Shown here: piece by piece, positions 31,762-45,000 of the stretch
How the letters are laid out: each line of letters opens with the position of its first letter
Position numbering within the stretch: position 1 is the stretch's first letter
The notes under the pieces: generated by a model
What the model saw: only the letters and a program-made list of their open reading frames with translations
The model's database searches: none
Told to the model about the DNA's origin: nothing
Translations under genes and position numbers: made by a program
NCBI GenBank assembly: GCA_951406725.2
Contig: OX597816.1
Location: 50,282,001 to 50,346,000, forward strand
Length of the DNA: 64,000 nucleotides
Source of the DNA: Octopus vulgaris
Taxonomy: Eukaryota
Direction of reading: 5' to 3'

Positions 31762-32064
31762 CAGTTCTATATTTAGGAGAGGAGGAATTATGTACATTAT
31801 TTACATTATTTACATTTGAGTTGTTTGTCGTTAACACAACGTATCGGCTGATGGCGTAGTGGTTAAGAGCGCGGGCTACTAGCCCCAAAATTCTGAGTTC
31901 GATTCCAAGAAGTGATCTGAATAATAATAATAACATCGAAAAATACCTTAGGAATGAGAATTCAAGACATCTGATGAAAGCTGGAAGGTTTATCAGCCGA
32001 AACGTTGTGCTAACAATGAACCAAGATGAGGACAAATATCCGTCAAATGTAAATAATGTAAATA
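31762..32064 (+). mobile_element. tRNA-headed, HHR-containing retroposon with an inverted 5' arm
   Basis: A box TGGCGTAGTGG (31852), B box GAGTTCGATTCC (31895), (AAT)n, HHR; arm 31762-31852 is the reverse complement of the 3' end; flanked by near-direct repeats AGGAC(A/G)TCCTTA. Confidence 0.85.
31966..32011 (+). ncRNA. Minimal type-I hammerhead motif
   Basis: GACAT-CTGATGA-A-AGCTG..CAGCC-GAAA-C-GTT-GTG. The other copy and the inverted arm give consensus GACAC/GTGTT for stem I and GGCTG/CAGCC for stem II; stem III is the ACGU palindrome. Confidence 0.8.
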
Positions 32065-33296
32065 AGGACGTCCTTAACCCGAAACTTTAATCTCACTCGC
32101 TCATCCAATCACTCATTCTCACTTTCTCACTTGTACATATATATAAGCACGTATGTACAGATATATAAGCACGTATGTACAGATATATAAGCACACACAC
32201 ACATATATATGAACGCACATCAAATGTGTGTTTGGTAGGCTTACGCACTGGATATAAGGCAGAGTGGCAAGATACTGCCCATAATACATTTCACTTGCAT
32301 TTCGAGGGTGTAACACTGTACATGCCATACAACCAAACGGGAAAAATTAAAGAAGTAAAAAAAATGAGAAAAGCAGAAAAAGAAACCGATAGAGACATAT
32401 GCAGCTTATTTTTTTTAATCCCAAAGTAGCGCGGTTAAGTTATTGTATTCAAATAGTTTATTTCCACATATACCTCTCGGCTATGCACCACATTATTATG
32501 ATCTGCTATACATAATTTCGAATTACTTGAGGACATATATCTTTAGTGTGTCATTTTCGCAAACACTTCTCTCATCTTTGGATTTATGCCCATGTGTAAT
32601 TATTATCCAAAATGGTATGCTAACAAAATTCATAGTTTATATCACATTTCTTCTACAGCACAAATGAAATAATTGAATTTAGCACATCTTTCTTAACAAC
32701 TTAAGAATATATGAGGCTGAAATTTAACAGTTTACATCCACAAATTAACAGTTTAGGTTCTTACCAAGGGAAAGATTGCGAAAAGAATGAACTAGAGTAG
32801 TTTAAAAAAAATGTAAGTACTTGTGGTATTCCAAGTCATGAAATCTACCTATTAAAATTCAAAATGAGTTAGAATTTAATTTAGACAGAAGAAAATGACC
32901 AGAACAACTAACTTGGACTTTTAGCATAGATACATTACACTAAATAGATGCATTACTCGAACGTATTGTTGATTATATTGACTCAAACGTTCAATATATT
33001 GACTCTGTCGTAAAATGGGGCATTGTTTTATCGTTATCGGTTCAGATAACTGATCGTACGTGAGACAACGCTATACCGACTATGATTGATACTTGGTTTA
33101 AGATTCCGTTATTAACAGTAAGTTGTTTCAGTGGACGCACTCGCACTTTGAAATCATATAACCGTTAGAAACATCACAAAAATACCCTGAACAAATCAGG
33201 GACAATCATTGATTAAATGCAATGATCATAGCAGGTAAAGGAATTTGAAGGTAGCACAGAAATCTACTGGGTAACTAAACATGTGTTCCTTTCAAG

Positions 33297-33449
33297 AGCG
33301 GGTGTGTGGTAAGAAGCTGCCTTCCCAACCACATGGTTCTGGGTTCAATCACACAGCGTGGAAACTTGGGCAAGTGTCTTCTACTATAGCCTCGGGCCGA
33401 ACAAAGCCTTGTGAGTGGATTTGGTAGACGGAAACTGAAAGACGCCCGT

Positions 33450-33493
<44 letters not shown>

Positions 33494-33766
33494 TGTTTGT
33501 GTGTTCGTGTTTGTCCCTCCACCGTCGTTTGACAACCGATGTTGGTGTATTTATAACCCCGTACCCTAGCGGTTTGGCAAAAGAGACCGATAGAATAGGT
33601 ACTAGGCTTAAAAAGAATATACGTTATTCACATAATTTACATTTCACAGATATATGTCCTCATCTTGTTTGTTGTTAACCTTCATCAGGTGTCTTGGGGA
33701 AATTTCGAACCTGCGTTCTGATTCCTAAGGTATTTTTCGATGTTATCATCATTATAATCATCATCA

Positions 33767-33818
<52 letters not shown>

Positions 33819-33841
33819 CATTATTATTATTATCATTATTA

Positions 33842-33899
<58 letters not shown>

Positions 33900-34050
33900 T
33901 ATTCAGGTCACTGCTTTGAATCTAACTCGGAATCTTGGGGTTAGTAGCCTGCACTCTGAAACACTACGCCATATGTCCTTGGGTCGATTTGTTCGACTAA
34001 AGGTGGTGCTCCAACATGGTTGCAATCAAATGACTGAAACAGGTAAAAGA
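33297..34050 (+). mobile_element. Family A SINE interrupted by a nested insertion
   Basis: SINE sequence stops at AAAGAATA (~33619) and resumes at TCCTTGGGTCGATTTG (~33976). Confidence 0.88.
33624..33975 (-). mobile_element. Second copy of the tRNA-HHR element (HHR internally deleted, (AAT)n expanded)
   Basis: Minus strand reads ATGGCGTAGTG..CTACTAACCCCAAGATTCCGAGTT..(AAT)n..AAGACACCTGATGAAGG|TTAACAACAAACAAGATGAGGAC. Confidence 0.85.
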
Positions 34051-34469
34051 AAAAAAGAATATAGATATGTGCATTGGATAAAATCAGAATATTTAGAAAA
34101 ATGAAATAAAAAATTGAGGCCAAAACGTTAGTGAGAGTCAAGTTCAAAGATAGACCCGTAAGCAATGTAAACTCTGTGTCACTTTCATGAAAGATTATTT
34201 AAATGTTAATTCGTTAATGCTCCTGTATAACTACTTGTAGATTGTTCACTGGGCAAGGTGGAATTCACAAACTTGATCTGATGTCGGACAATAATATTAT
34301 CAACGTGATCCATTCGCATGCTTATCTGATGAAGTAAGCATGACTTTAAAGATGAGTGGAAATTATAAGTAAACAATTTTAAATAGTACCGCTACGAGCA
34401 AAACACGCAATGAAAAATAAACCTTATAGTGAGGCTGAACTAATTAGGTATGGTTATTTGATTTCGTGT

Positions 34470-34720
34470 GGAGGCGTGTGGACTAATGGTTAGGGTGTCA
34501 GCATCATGGTCGTAAGATTGCGGTTTCGATTCCTGGACCGGGCGACGCGTTGTGTTCTTGAGCGAAACACTTCATTTCACGTTGCTCCAGTCCACTCAGC
34601 TGGCAAAAATGAGTAACACTGCGATGGACTGGCGTCCCGTCCAGCTGGTAATCACATACACCATTGAAACCGGAAAACCGGGCACATGAGCCTGGCTAGG
34701 CTTTAAAAGGGCACATTTAT
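34470..34720 (+). mobile_element. tRNA SINE, family D (CORE-like plus V-domain-like segments)
   Basis: tRNA head, TTGTGTTCTTGAGCGAAACACTT, TGCGATGGACTGGCGTCCCGTCCAG, (ATTT)n tail; its 3' part recurs at 44510-44620. Confidence 0.85.
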
Positions 34721-35862
34721 TTATTTGATTTTGTGTGAGAAAAGTAAACAGCATTAATGTACCTAAAGTTCAGTTGAAATATTATCATAATTTTCGAAAT
34801 GTAACGGATACTTAAATATTACCATAAAATGTATCAAAAATCACGATGAAATATGGAAATTTGAACGCGTTGATATTTCAGTAATATTATTCGTTAATAA
34901 AAGATCATCTTCAATAACAAATAAACACCAACGTAGACGTATTGATCGCAGATATATGACATAAAATATCCACCTACTATTAAGTAAAACACTGAGAATA
35001 AGCAAACCGAAACTATATGGAAGAAAATCAATAATTATGAGATACTATGTATAGACCATCATGAAATGAAGCACAAAGTGTGTAATAAATAGGAATGCAG
35101 TCGTCTACACGTCGATTGGATGATATATGATACAACAAAGGCACGTTTGTATTACAGTCAAAGTATGCACCATTATTTTGTTATCCAATAAGATTTGTGA
35201 CTGTATTTCGCAAAAGTGCAATGGTAAAATATGAGGATATTATAATTATTTCCGTATCATAAATATATTTATTTATTTATTTATTAAAACCTGGTGAAAT
35301 ATCACGAAGTTGACGGTTATAAATATTGACACCAGGTCAATGTATCACGATGAAGGAGAAATATTTTTTCGAAAACATAAAACAGCGCACTATTTTAAGA
35401 AAGTTCTATTCTATCACTCGGAGATACGGGGATTTTAAAGAAGTAGTTTACTGCGACGGTGCTTATATTCATGCTTCTGAATTAATATTTCCAACAAATA
35501 CAAAAACGAAGAGCGAATTGGCAAAGAAAAAGGAAGCTGAACAATGCAATAAATGTATCGAAAGATAGTGCTATGATGACTCCGGCTAAATTCGGCCAAG
35601 AAGGATTCGATGGCATGATCGGGTATGAAGTTTCACTAATTACCAGAAAATGTCTTCTGGGTTGGCATACCCTTACATGCCGTAGATGTGGCAGATTTAG
35701 ACACTCTGCGCTCTTTTAAATTACTTTGTAAGAAATTCAACTGGTAAAATTATGGTTAACATTTAGATATACATTATATATCAGGCAATCTCCCTCTCAC
35801 TTTCTTTCATTCTTTCTTTCTTTCCTTCTTTCTTTCTTTCTTTCTTTCTTTCTTTCATTCTT

Positions 35863-35893
<31 letters not shown>

Positions 35894-38800
35894 TCATATA
35901 TATAGAGAGAGAATAGGAGAAAAAACACCTCTTTATTTCATCGATTATAGATGTTTCAGTATTCAATGACACATGATATCACACTATAGATGGAATTTAT
36001 AGGCACACCGCATATGAGCAGCAGGAATAACCAATCGTTCGACTGATGATGTGTGTAGTTATGGATGATGCTCCTATGATATGTATCTATGGACTGCATC
36101 TATATTGCGACCTTCAGTGTTACCGAATACTGAAATAAAGAAGTACGAATTTTAAGTCCATCATATTTTTATCTCTCATTATTCATGCGCACATATGAAT
36201 TCCGTCATGGCCCACATCAGACTGTCTAGGAACCCCTGTGAATATACATAATCGTTGACATTTAGGAGCTAAAACGTAAAGAGAATATTTGTGCGCTCAG
36301 CGCACCCGGCCCCGTACTAGCTAAATATCTTGAAACTCTCCACAATGTATTTCGAAAGAAGGTTACGGTTCAAGAGCTTTACGGTTTTAGGGGCTTACGG
36401 TCCTGAATGTTTATCATGGAATATATTTTTGTGCACTTAGCGCATCCATCCCATGCTAAGTGAATATTTTGAAACTATCCCAGATAGTATTTAGAACGAA
36501 GTTTACGGTCTCGGAGATTTATGATTCTGTGCACACAAATTTAGCTCTTTAAACACCATAGTATTGAGGAATTATGATTTCTGCATGGTCCAGGCACTCT
36601 ACTATTATATCTATCGCACCGAAGGTTGACTATATTCTCATCCGATGGTCATGCAATCAATTTTGTAATTTTTACTATCTTATAGTATAATGTTATTTTC
36701 CCCAAGACGTAAAACGATTTGTGAGTAATAGAAAATATATCTCCTTACAGATGACATTTGTTTGGGTTATTTTAGCTGAATTTTGATGTTTACTGTTTTA
36801 GAGATTTCTGAAGCTATATACTGATATTGATGAATTCGTACAACACTCATACTATGAAAGTAAAATTTAATATATGATTTGGTGGCCCTATTTTCAGAGT
36901 TACTGCAAAACATTGGTGATTTAATTATTTCTTTCCCGAATAAATTCCAACGTGTTTGGAATGCATTTCGAATAAAAGTTATGTCGAGAATAATTCTAAA
37001 TATACATTGTGTATTTGGCTATATTTCCAGTATTCTATATAGAGTGAATATTATATTTGAATTCTGAGTATAGGGAAAACGAAAGTAAAAGATTAATGAA
37101 CCGTGTTCCGATAGTAACTTCAGTTAGATGATTCTACTTGATATTGGTAATTAGATAAATGTTGTGTATATTGTCTAACGTTAGTTGTTCAGCCGAAGGA
37201 GAGTACTTTTAAGATAACTTTCCGTGACTTGAAATATAAAAGAAAAATATATGGTCAGTCGTCTTTTGATCCAGCTGGTGCTATGTATCCAATACAACGT
37301 AGATATCCACATGAAAAGTATTATTTTGCCTATAACAAGGAAATTATGTTATTATTGCAATTCATCACTCTGTAGTTAGTATCATTATGGTGACATCGTT
37401 GATAGTTTTCGTGCAATTAAGAATTATATTTATTCTTTTGTTATTATTAAATTGTTTTCGAGATGTTTAAAATAAGTAAACGTAATTACACCGGATTCTT
37501 CAAAAGTTACTACAAATGTTGCCGCACCGAAAAATAGCCTCGATAACAAAGAAAATAACGCCATAAGATGAAGTTATTTTCATGTCATTAAAATATACTC
37601 AACTAGTTTGATAAAATGAATATGGTTCGCTGTCAGTTATGAAACTTTTCATAATGCAATTTTTCATCCAATACATTTTCAATGGAATAAGTGTAAATAA
37701 TAATTAATTACTAATAAGTGAAATTTTATTGACCCGATAGATAGTGTCTATCTCACGACAAAATGAATTTCAATTTTTGATATAAAGCGAGCAATTTCGG
37801 GCGAGAGGTAAGCTGATTAAATTGATTGCAGTGTTCAGTTAGTATTTATCTTATCAACCCCGCAAGGATTAAACGCTAAACAGATCTCGAAGGATTAAAG
37901 GCAAAGTCGATCACAGTAGATTCTGAACTCGCGGACAATATGCCGCTAATTATTTTGTCCGACATGCTAAAGATCCTACAAGCACACAACAAAATGAATG
38001 CAATTTTAAACAGTATTGTTGTGTTTTGATTACAAAATATGCTATTGTTTCAACAAAATAATATAAACTTTCACAAGATTGTTTAAATGATTGATCAGTG
38101 ACAATTTATATCATAGTAGCTTGTACAAACTTCATAACACCTTATAAAGACAGCAAATACACTTATTAAGGGATCTAAAATATGCACGCAGCAAGTAACA
38201 TATTTTTCGATTGAATTCTATCATTCACAAAAGATTTCATTATCAAATACTTTCATTCCGCTTTAGCTAATCATCTTCCGTTTAACCATGCTTTCTAAAT
38301 TCTTGCTATTATAAAAGGAATAATTGCCAGTCAGATAAAATGATTTGGTCTTACTTTAATACATGTAAAGACATTAATTTATTTTTATCAGTAGCAATAG
38401 TATTACATAAGTTATATGTATTTATAACAGAATTAGGTATTAGATAATGAAAGCACTGTGACTGCTTATTGACAAATATTTTTATCAATTTTCTTCTCAT
38501 GGCAATAGCTTCCACACACTGCGCCGATTATTAAAACGCATCTCAAAATTGGCTTCATTTTAACATGTAATCAATTATTTAAAATCAAATTTAGTAGAAA
38601 ATCATGCTGCTCAATTAAATTCGTACAACATTCAGGTATACTAGAAATAGGTTTTTCTCTTGTCCTTTATTATGATAAATATTTTCCGTCTACCTATTGC
38701 TATGGTATAGAAAATTCTGAAAATTATAGAAATAAATAAAAGGAGCCAAAGAACACATGAATATTATACATATGGTATTATACATCCGTTATTTGTGAGC

Positions 38801-39511
38801 AACTACTGCTGAAAGAGTGAAATCATGTATATATAAGTACTTATATAAAGTACCGAAGCAATAAGTGATGTAAGCTCTTTCCACGAAAACAGTAAAAATG
38901 TCGATGTAGAATTAGCTGAAGTGTTTGTAATCCAAACGGCATACTGCACATTTGATAGGAGGATATCGTATAAAATTTCAAAAGGAGACCACAAATATGG
39001 AGGAAAAGCAACATACTGCCGTTCGAACTCTCGGCCTAAGTGTGTTATTTAATTCTAAAGAAAATGTTATTTAAGCTTTCAGATTTCCTGTTTATTGGAC
39101 ATCCGGTAACTGACACACAAGCGTCATTCAGTTATTGAGCAGCCGATCACATTTTATAATAAAACATTCCTCTCAGAAATATTGCTGCATGGATTGCCGC
39201 AGTGAATTCGCATTCAAAAATGCAGCTTAATTTATCCTTACTGGTAAAAGTTCTGAAGTATCATAGTGGGGAACAAAAAGGAAAAATAAAAAGCACCATC
39301 TTTTTTAAATCAGTGAAAAATAGAAAACCTATTCTGTTAAATAAGTGCAAATTTTTAAACGTTTTGTCATAAAAATGCAAAACAATTTGATCGTATTTTT
39401 TCCTGTAAAACCCCAAGCACTTGTTATCTGTACGATACCGTTTTTCCAAGTAATTTGGTGACGAATGAGGAGAAAGAAAATCGGAAAGAGATAGAAAATT
39501 GTATGATTCTG

Positions 39512-39572
<61 letters not shown>

Positions 39573-39577
39573 CATTA

Positions 39578-39920
39578 AGACGGCGAGCTGGCAGAAATCG
39601 TAGCGCGCCGGACGAAATGCTTAGCGGCATTTCACTCGTCGCTACGTCCTAAATTCAAATTCCGCCCAGGTTCACTTTACCTTTCATACTGTTGGGGTCG
39701 ATCAAATAAATACCAGCTGAACAAACACTGGAGTCGATATAATTGATTCATCCGCTCCCTCAAAATTGCTACCCTTGTGGCAAAATTTGAAACCATTATT
39801 ATTGTTGTTGTTGCAGGGTCGATAAATTAAGTACCAGTTGCGTACTGAGGATGATGTAATGGACTGGCCCATCCCACCAAATTTCATGCCTTGTGCCTAT
39901 AGCAGAAAAGGATTATTATT
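39578..39920 (+). mobile_element. Meta-domain SINE with duplicated 3' module
   Basis: GGCGAGCTGGCAGAA head; GGGTCGATAAATTAAGTACCAG-like module present twice. Confidence 0.8.
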
Positions 39921-40664
39921 GTTTTTGCTTTCCACATCTTCAATGTGACTGATTATATATATTATTTGATTTATCTAACCATTGATAGGATTTCATCACT
40001 GGGAATCTATGTGAATTCATTCACTATTCGTTGGTAATAAATAGAACATTGTATATGGTATACAGAGCATAGGTAGTAGTGTGTACGTTTTCATGGATTA
40101 GCTGGCAGATTCGCTACACTGCCGGAAAAACTGCTTAGCGGCATCTCTCCCGGCACTTTACGTTCAAATTTTTACAGATAACAGATTTGCCTTTCCTAAT
40201 TTCGACTTTCATAGAAAATGTACCATTTGAGCACTGATGACGACGTAATCGATTTTCCGCCACTATCCAAAATTACTAATAATTCACTATGCGAATTATT
40301 ATAAAGAAATTATAACTGAACAGAGTTTACTCAGTAGATATCATATATAGCAAGAACACCAATATTAGCACACTCAGACATTCACACATTCATATGAGTG
40401 GAATACATAACTACGGAGATTTAATCTTGTTAGAAATGTGTGTCCAAATGTGGTGTTTAAGTTATTATTCTTATTATTGGGGAAACGTTTGGATCGCTTA
40501 CTGCTGGCTGAGAAAGTTAATCTAGACCCAGTTAAACGGATTAATGTATCCCTGAATAAATATATGGTAATACAAGTACCCATGCCTCGAAATAATAAAC
40601 GCACACGCATGTATATTATATTCTTCTATGTAGGCACACACATATGTATATATGAATGTGTGTG

Positions 40665-40705
<41 letters not shown>

Positions 40706-40710
40706 ATATA

Positions 40711-40861
<151 letters not shown>

Positions 40862-40878
40862 TTTTCATATAGTGGTCA

Positions 40879-40912
<34 letters not shown>

Positions 40913-40929
40913 TTCAAATTTTGACTGAA

Positions 40930-41040
40930 GGCGTCGATCCCAGTTGACTACTCGTAGAATTTGAACCTAGAAAGTGAAGACAGACGAAATGCCGTTAAGC
41001 ATTTCTTCCGGAATGCAAACACTTGTGGCAGCTCGCCACC
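40930..41040 (-). mobile_element. Meta-SINE 5' fragment
   Basis: GAATTTGAAC..GACGAAATGCCGTTAAGCATTT..CAGCTCGCCACC. Confidence 0.7.
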
Positions 41041-41981
41041 TGTCGACATTTCATTGCTCCGTGACACTTCGAGCCTGGAATCCCTACACTCAACCACAGA
41101 TCGGTTTATTTAAGATATGAACTAGATTTTATTATTCACTTGATACTCAATTTTTGTATCTTTAATCTGTTTAAACCATATTATGATGCTTATCCTACTA
41201 TCTATTTATTATAAACCCATTTTTATCGCTCCAGACATACTCAGTCGCTGTCTGACCACTGAAGCATAACATTTTCTTTCTGTATTTTAATAATCAGTTT
41301 GATATTTTTGAATTTTAAGGCTTAAATTATATTATTTTATCATTTTATAGTCGTGAATAAAAAATAAATAAATCAAGATTAAAAATTGAATTATTTGACA
41401 CTCTGTTAACACTCGCATGAAAATAAAAATAAAAGTATTTATATACAGTATGTCCAATCATTGCTTAAAATGTGTTTATTCGAGGTTAAACCTCGCAATA
41501 CAATGTCCTAAGATAGAACTTTTCATGTGTAGAAACGAAAGTGCATAGAGTCAGAAATCTCAGAAAATAATTTGCCACAAGTTGTTATGTCTCTGTATGT
41601 TCGATGTCCGAAATCCACCGTGAGTGCAATTCTGATTCGTAATCGAATACATGAGAGAGGCAACAAAATATATAACAAAGGAGCATGGATCGATAAAATC
41701 TACTCCAAATTCCGACCATATTATGTAGGAAGATCTCGATAATTATAAAGCAAACCAGTATCCTAAAGTATCCAGGGCTGCGAAACTGTACGTTCTATTA
41801 TAAAATCTGAACTTGGTATATTCTGTGGCTTTCAATCAAGATTTATAATATTATGCAAGTACTAACATATTAAAAAAATAAATTGACGAAGTCCCTCGCA
41901 TGTAAAGACGTTCTCATATCTGAGGATTTCATATTTACATGACTTAGGAACCGTGAAAACAAAATATACATACATGCATAC

Positions 41982-42023
<42 letters not shown>

Positions 42024-42087
42024 GTGTGTGTGTGTGTGTGTGTGTATTTATATATATATGTATATGTATATATATATGCCTGTATAC

Positions 42088-42123
<36 letters not shown>

Positions 42124-42843
42124 ATGTGTGTGTGTGTGCCTGTGTCTGTGTGTTTAGAATGAAGTTATACCATTTAAATGACAATATCGACCTCAGGGCG
42201 AAGTCACTTCTGATTTCACAATGCACAGTATTTGTCTGATACTGATTAATTCAACATTTCTCATGCAGATAAATTTAATGTCATGTAGCAAGCGTTCAAA
42301 ACGTTTTAAGAAAAACACATTACAAATACGCCATACTTTATATAGTACAGTTATCGATGTTTTATCTCTACTTTCATTTTAATCTGAATGTAGATTTTTT
42401 TTATCAAAATATCCTTTTTCTGGGCTAACCCACCCAAATACACACAAAAGAGAAATACAAATTTAGACCATCCCATATATATATATATATATGCATCACT
42501 AACATTATGAATATTGTGTATGTGCGTCTTTGTGTATGAGAGTGTCTGCGTATTTGTGTGTTGCTTATGTGTTTACGTTTATCTATGTATGTATTTGTGT
42601 ATATGGTGTATATATGTGTGTATATATGTATGTATGTATATACGCACGCACATTTAAATATATATGCATTTACATAAATGCATACATAAATACACCCACA
42701 CAGAGAATACACGCGCGCATACAAACACTCCCATAGACACAAACACACGTAAATAGTTGTGTGTTTGTATTTATATATATATACATACAACTGTATATAT
42801 ATATATATTATATATATACACTCATACACACATACATACATAC

Positions 42844-42904
<61 letters not shown>

Positions 42905-42929
42905 CATATATATATATATATACATATAT

Positions 42930-42983
<54 letters not shown>

Positions 42984-43615
42984 ATATATATATATAGATA
43001 GATAGATATATATATGTATATGTATATATACACATACACACATACATAAACAACGCAAACAAACAAATTGCTGCCAATAGTACTTTGATCTTTCAAAGAG
43101 GAATTTCTATAGATGTAATGATGTTGAAATTTTTTTTATTAAGGAAATACAATGTGACCCTAATAGACTGAAAATGCTTTCTACTAAACAATGCTTTTTT
43201 GTTTCCTTTACTATAAATGTGTTACATTACAGTAGCTTATTAACTTTCAAGAGGTTGCCTTTGATAATTTATAAATGTGGTCAATGCTGAAATGTCGATA
43301 ATACATCAATAGTAGCCAGAAGTGTCGTAGGCCGATACGCATAAAGGTAATGGGGAAAGGGCAAACATTTCATATAAGTATATATATGTGTGTGTGTGTG
43401 TGTGTATGTGTGCGTATGTGCGTGTGTGTGAGTGTGTGTGACTTGGCGTGTATGTGTGTTTCTTTGTGTGCATATACAAAGTGAGAGAGAGAAGGAGAGA
43501 GATGATGTGGAGATATGTATATATATATTATATATATATATATATATTAATATATATTATAATATATATATATATATTATATATATATTATAGTATATAT
43601 GTATATGTACGTGTA

Positions 43616-43677
<62 letters not shown>

Positions 43678-43752
43678 AGTGCGTATGTGTGGTTTTCTGT
43701 GTGTGTATAAACAAAGTGAGAGAGAGAGGGAGATAGATGAGGGAGATATATG

Positions 43753-43812
<60 letters not shown>

Positions 43813-44354
43813 ATAATTATGTATGCATATTCTCACACATACAGAGACCCAGACACTCTAACATAAATCGATATGAATATATTTGTGAATGAGACTTTGC
43901 TTCTGCACCCCGTTTAGTAGTTATTTTCGATATCTATTCATGCGTACGGCTCAAAGCAAATCATCCGGTTGTATATTTGACACGTGTTTTACCTCCGTGT
44001 TACGCTAAACAGGGTTCAATATTTATGAATGACAACTATAGAAAGTTTATTATTCGGTCAACGAATCAGACAACTTTTCAGCCATTTCTCGTCTGCCTGA
44101 TTTCCTAATATCCATACCATACAATATAATGGAAACATCAACTTACATATATGCAACAATAGAGCACATGTGCACATGTTCCTGTTCATATAGAAAACGC
44201 AGAGATACGATGATGTATACATATGGATATGCATGTATAACATGATACTGCTTTAAATACAGAATATATATAAACACGAACACTAACACACACACATATA
44301 TATACAAATAAATATACATCTGTGCATAGATGGATAGGTATTATGTACATGTGC

Positions 44355-44413
<59 letters not shown>

Positions 44414-44626
44414 CATGCATAAATTACATATAGATATAGATATATAAATCCCGTTCTGTTTGCCTGTCCTCTTTCGCCCAACTTTCTCTCACCCTGTCTT
44501 CCTGTTTCTTGAGTAACCCTGCGAGGGACTGGCGCCCCGTCCAGCTGATAGGGACACATACGCCATAGAAACCGAGAAACCGGGCCCATGAGCCTGGCTA
44601 GGCTTGAAAAGAGCGCATATGTATTT

Positions 44627-44652
<26 letters not shown>

Positions 44653-44657
<5 letters not shown>

Positions 44658-44840
44658 CCACGTCCTTGTTTTCTTATGTATGTATATATATATATACATA
44701 TAAGTAAACAAGGACGTGGTACATATAGCGTATGAAGTAAAGAAAGGTGGTTTGACGTTTCGAGCGACTCTCTTCTTCGGAAACAGAGTAAAATCCACTA
44801 AAAAGGAAGATAGAGGAAGAAAATCGCCAACGATTCACAT
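44653..44840 (-). mobile_element. PLE-terminal-repeat-like fragment with an HHR variant and a terminal palindrome
   Basis: Minus 44784-44750: GTTT-CCGAAGA-A-GAG agtcg CTC-GAAA-C-GTC-AAAC; inverted arms 44653-44671 and 44706-44724. Confidence 0.65.
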
Positions 44841-45000
44841 ATGTCTGTCTTTGTTCCCCACCATCACTTGATAACAGAAATTGGTGTATGTACTTCCCCA
44901 TTACCTAGCGGTTCGTCAAAAGAAACCGATGAAATAAGTGCTAGGCTTACATGGAATAAGTTCTGGGCTGGATTTGTTCGACTAAAGGCGGTGCTCCAAC
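44841..45000 (+). mobile_element. Family A SINE, 3' half
   Basis: TAGCGGTTCG..AATAAGT..CGACTAAAGGCGGTGCTCCA. Confidence 0.8.

Noticed and set aside
34317-34342. Hairpin CATGCTTA-tctgatgaag-TAAGCATG as an HHR or SECIS
   Set aside because: No GAAA/NUH partner and no associated ORF; likely chance.
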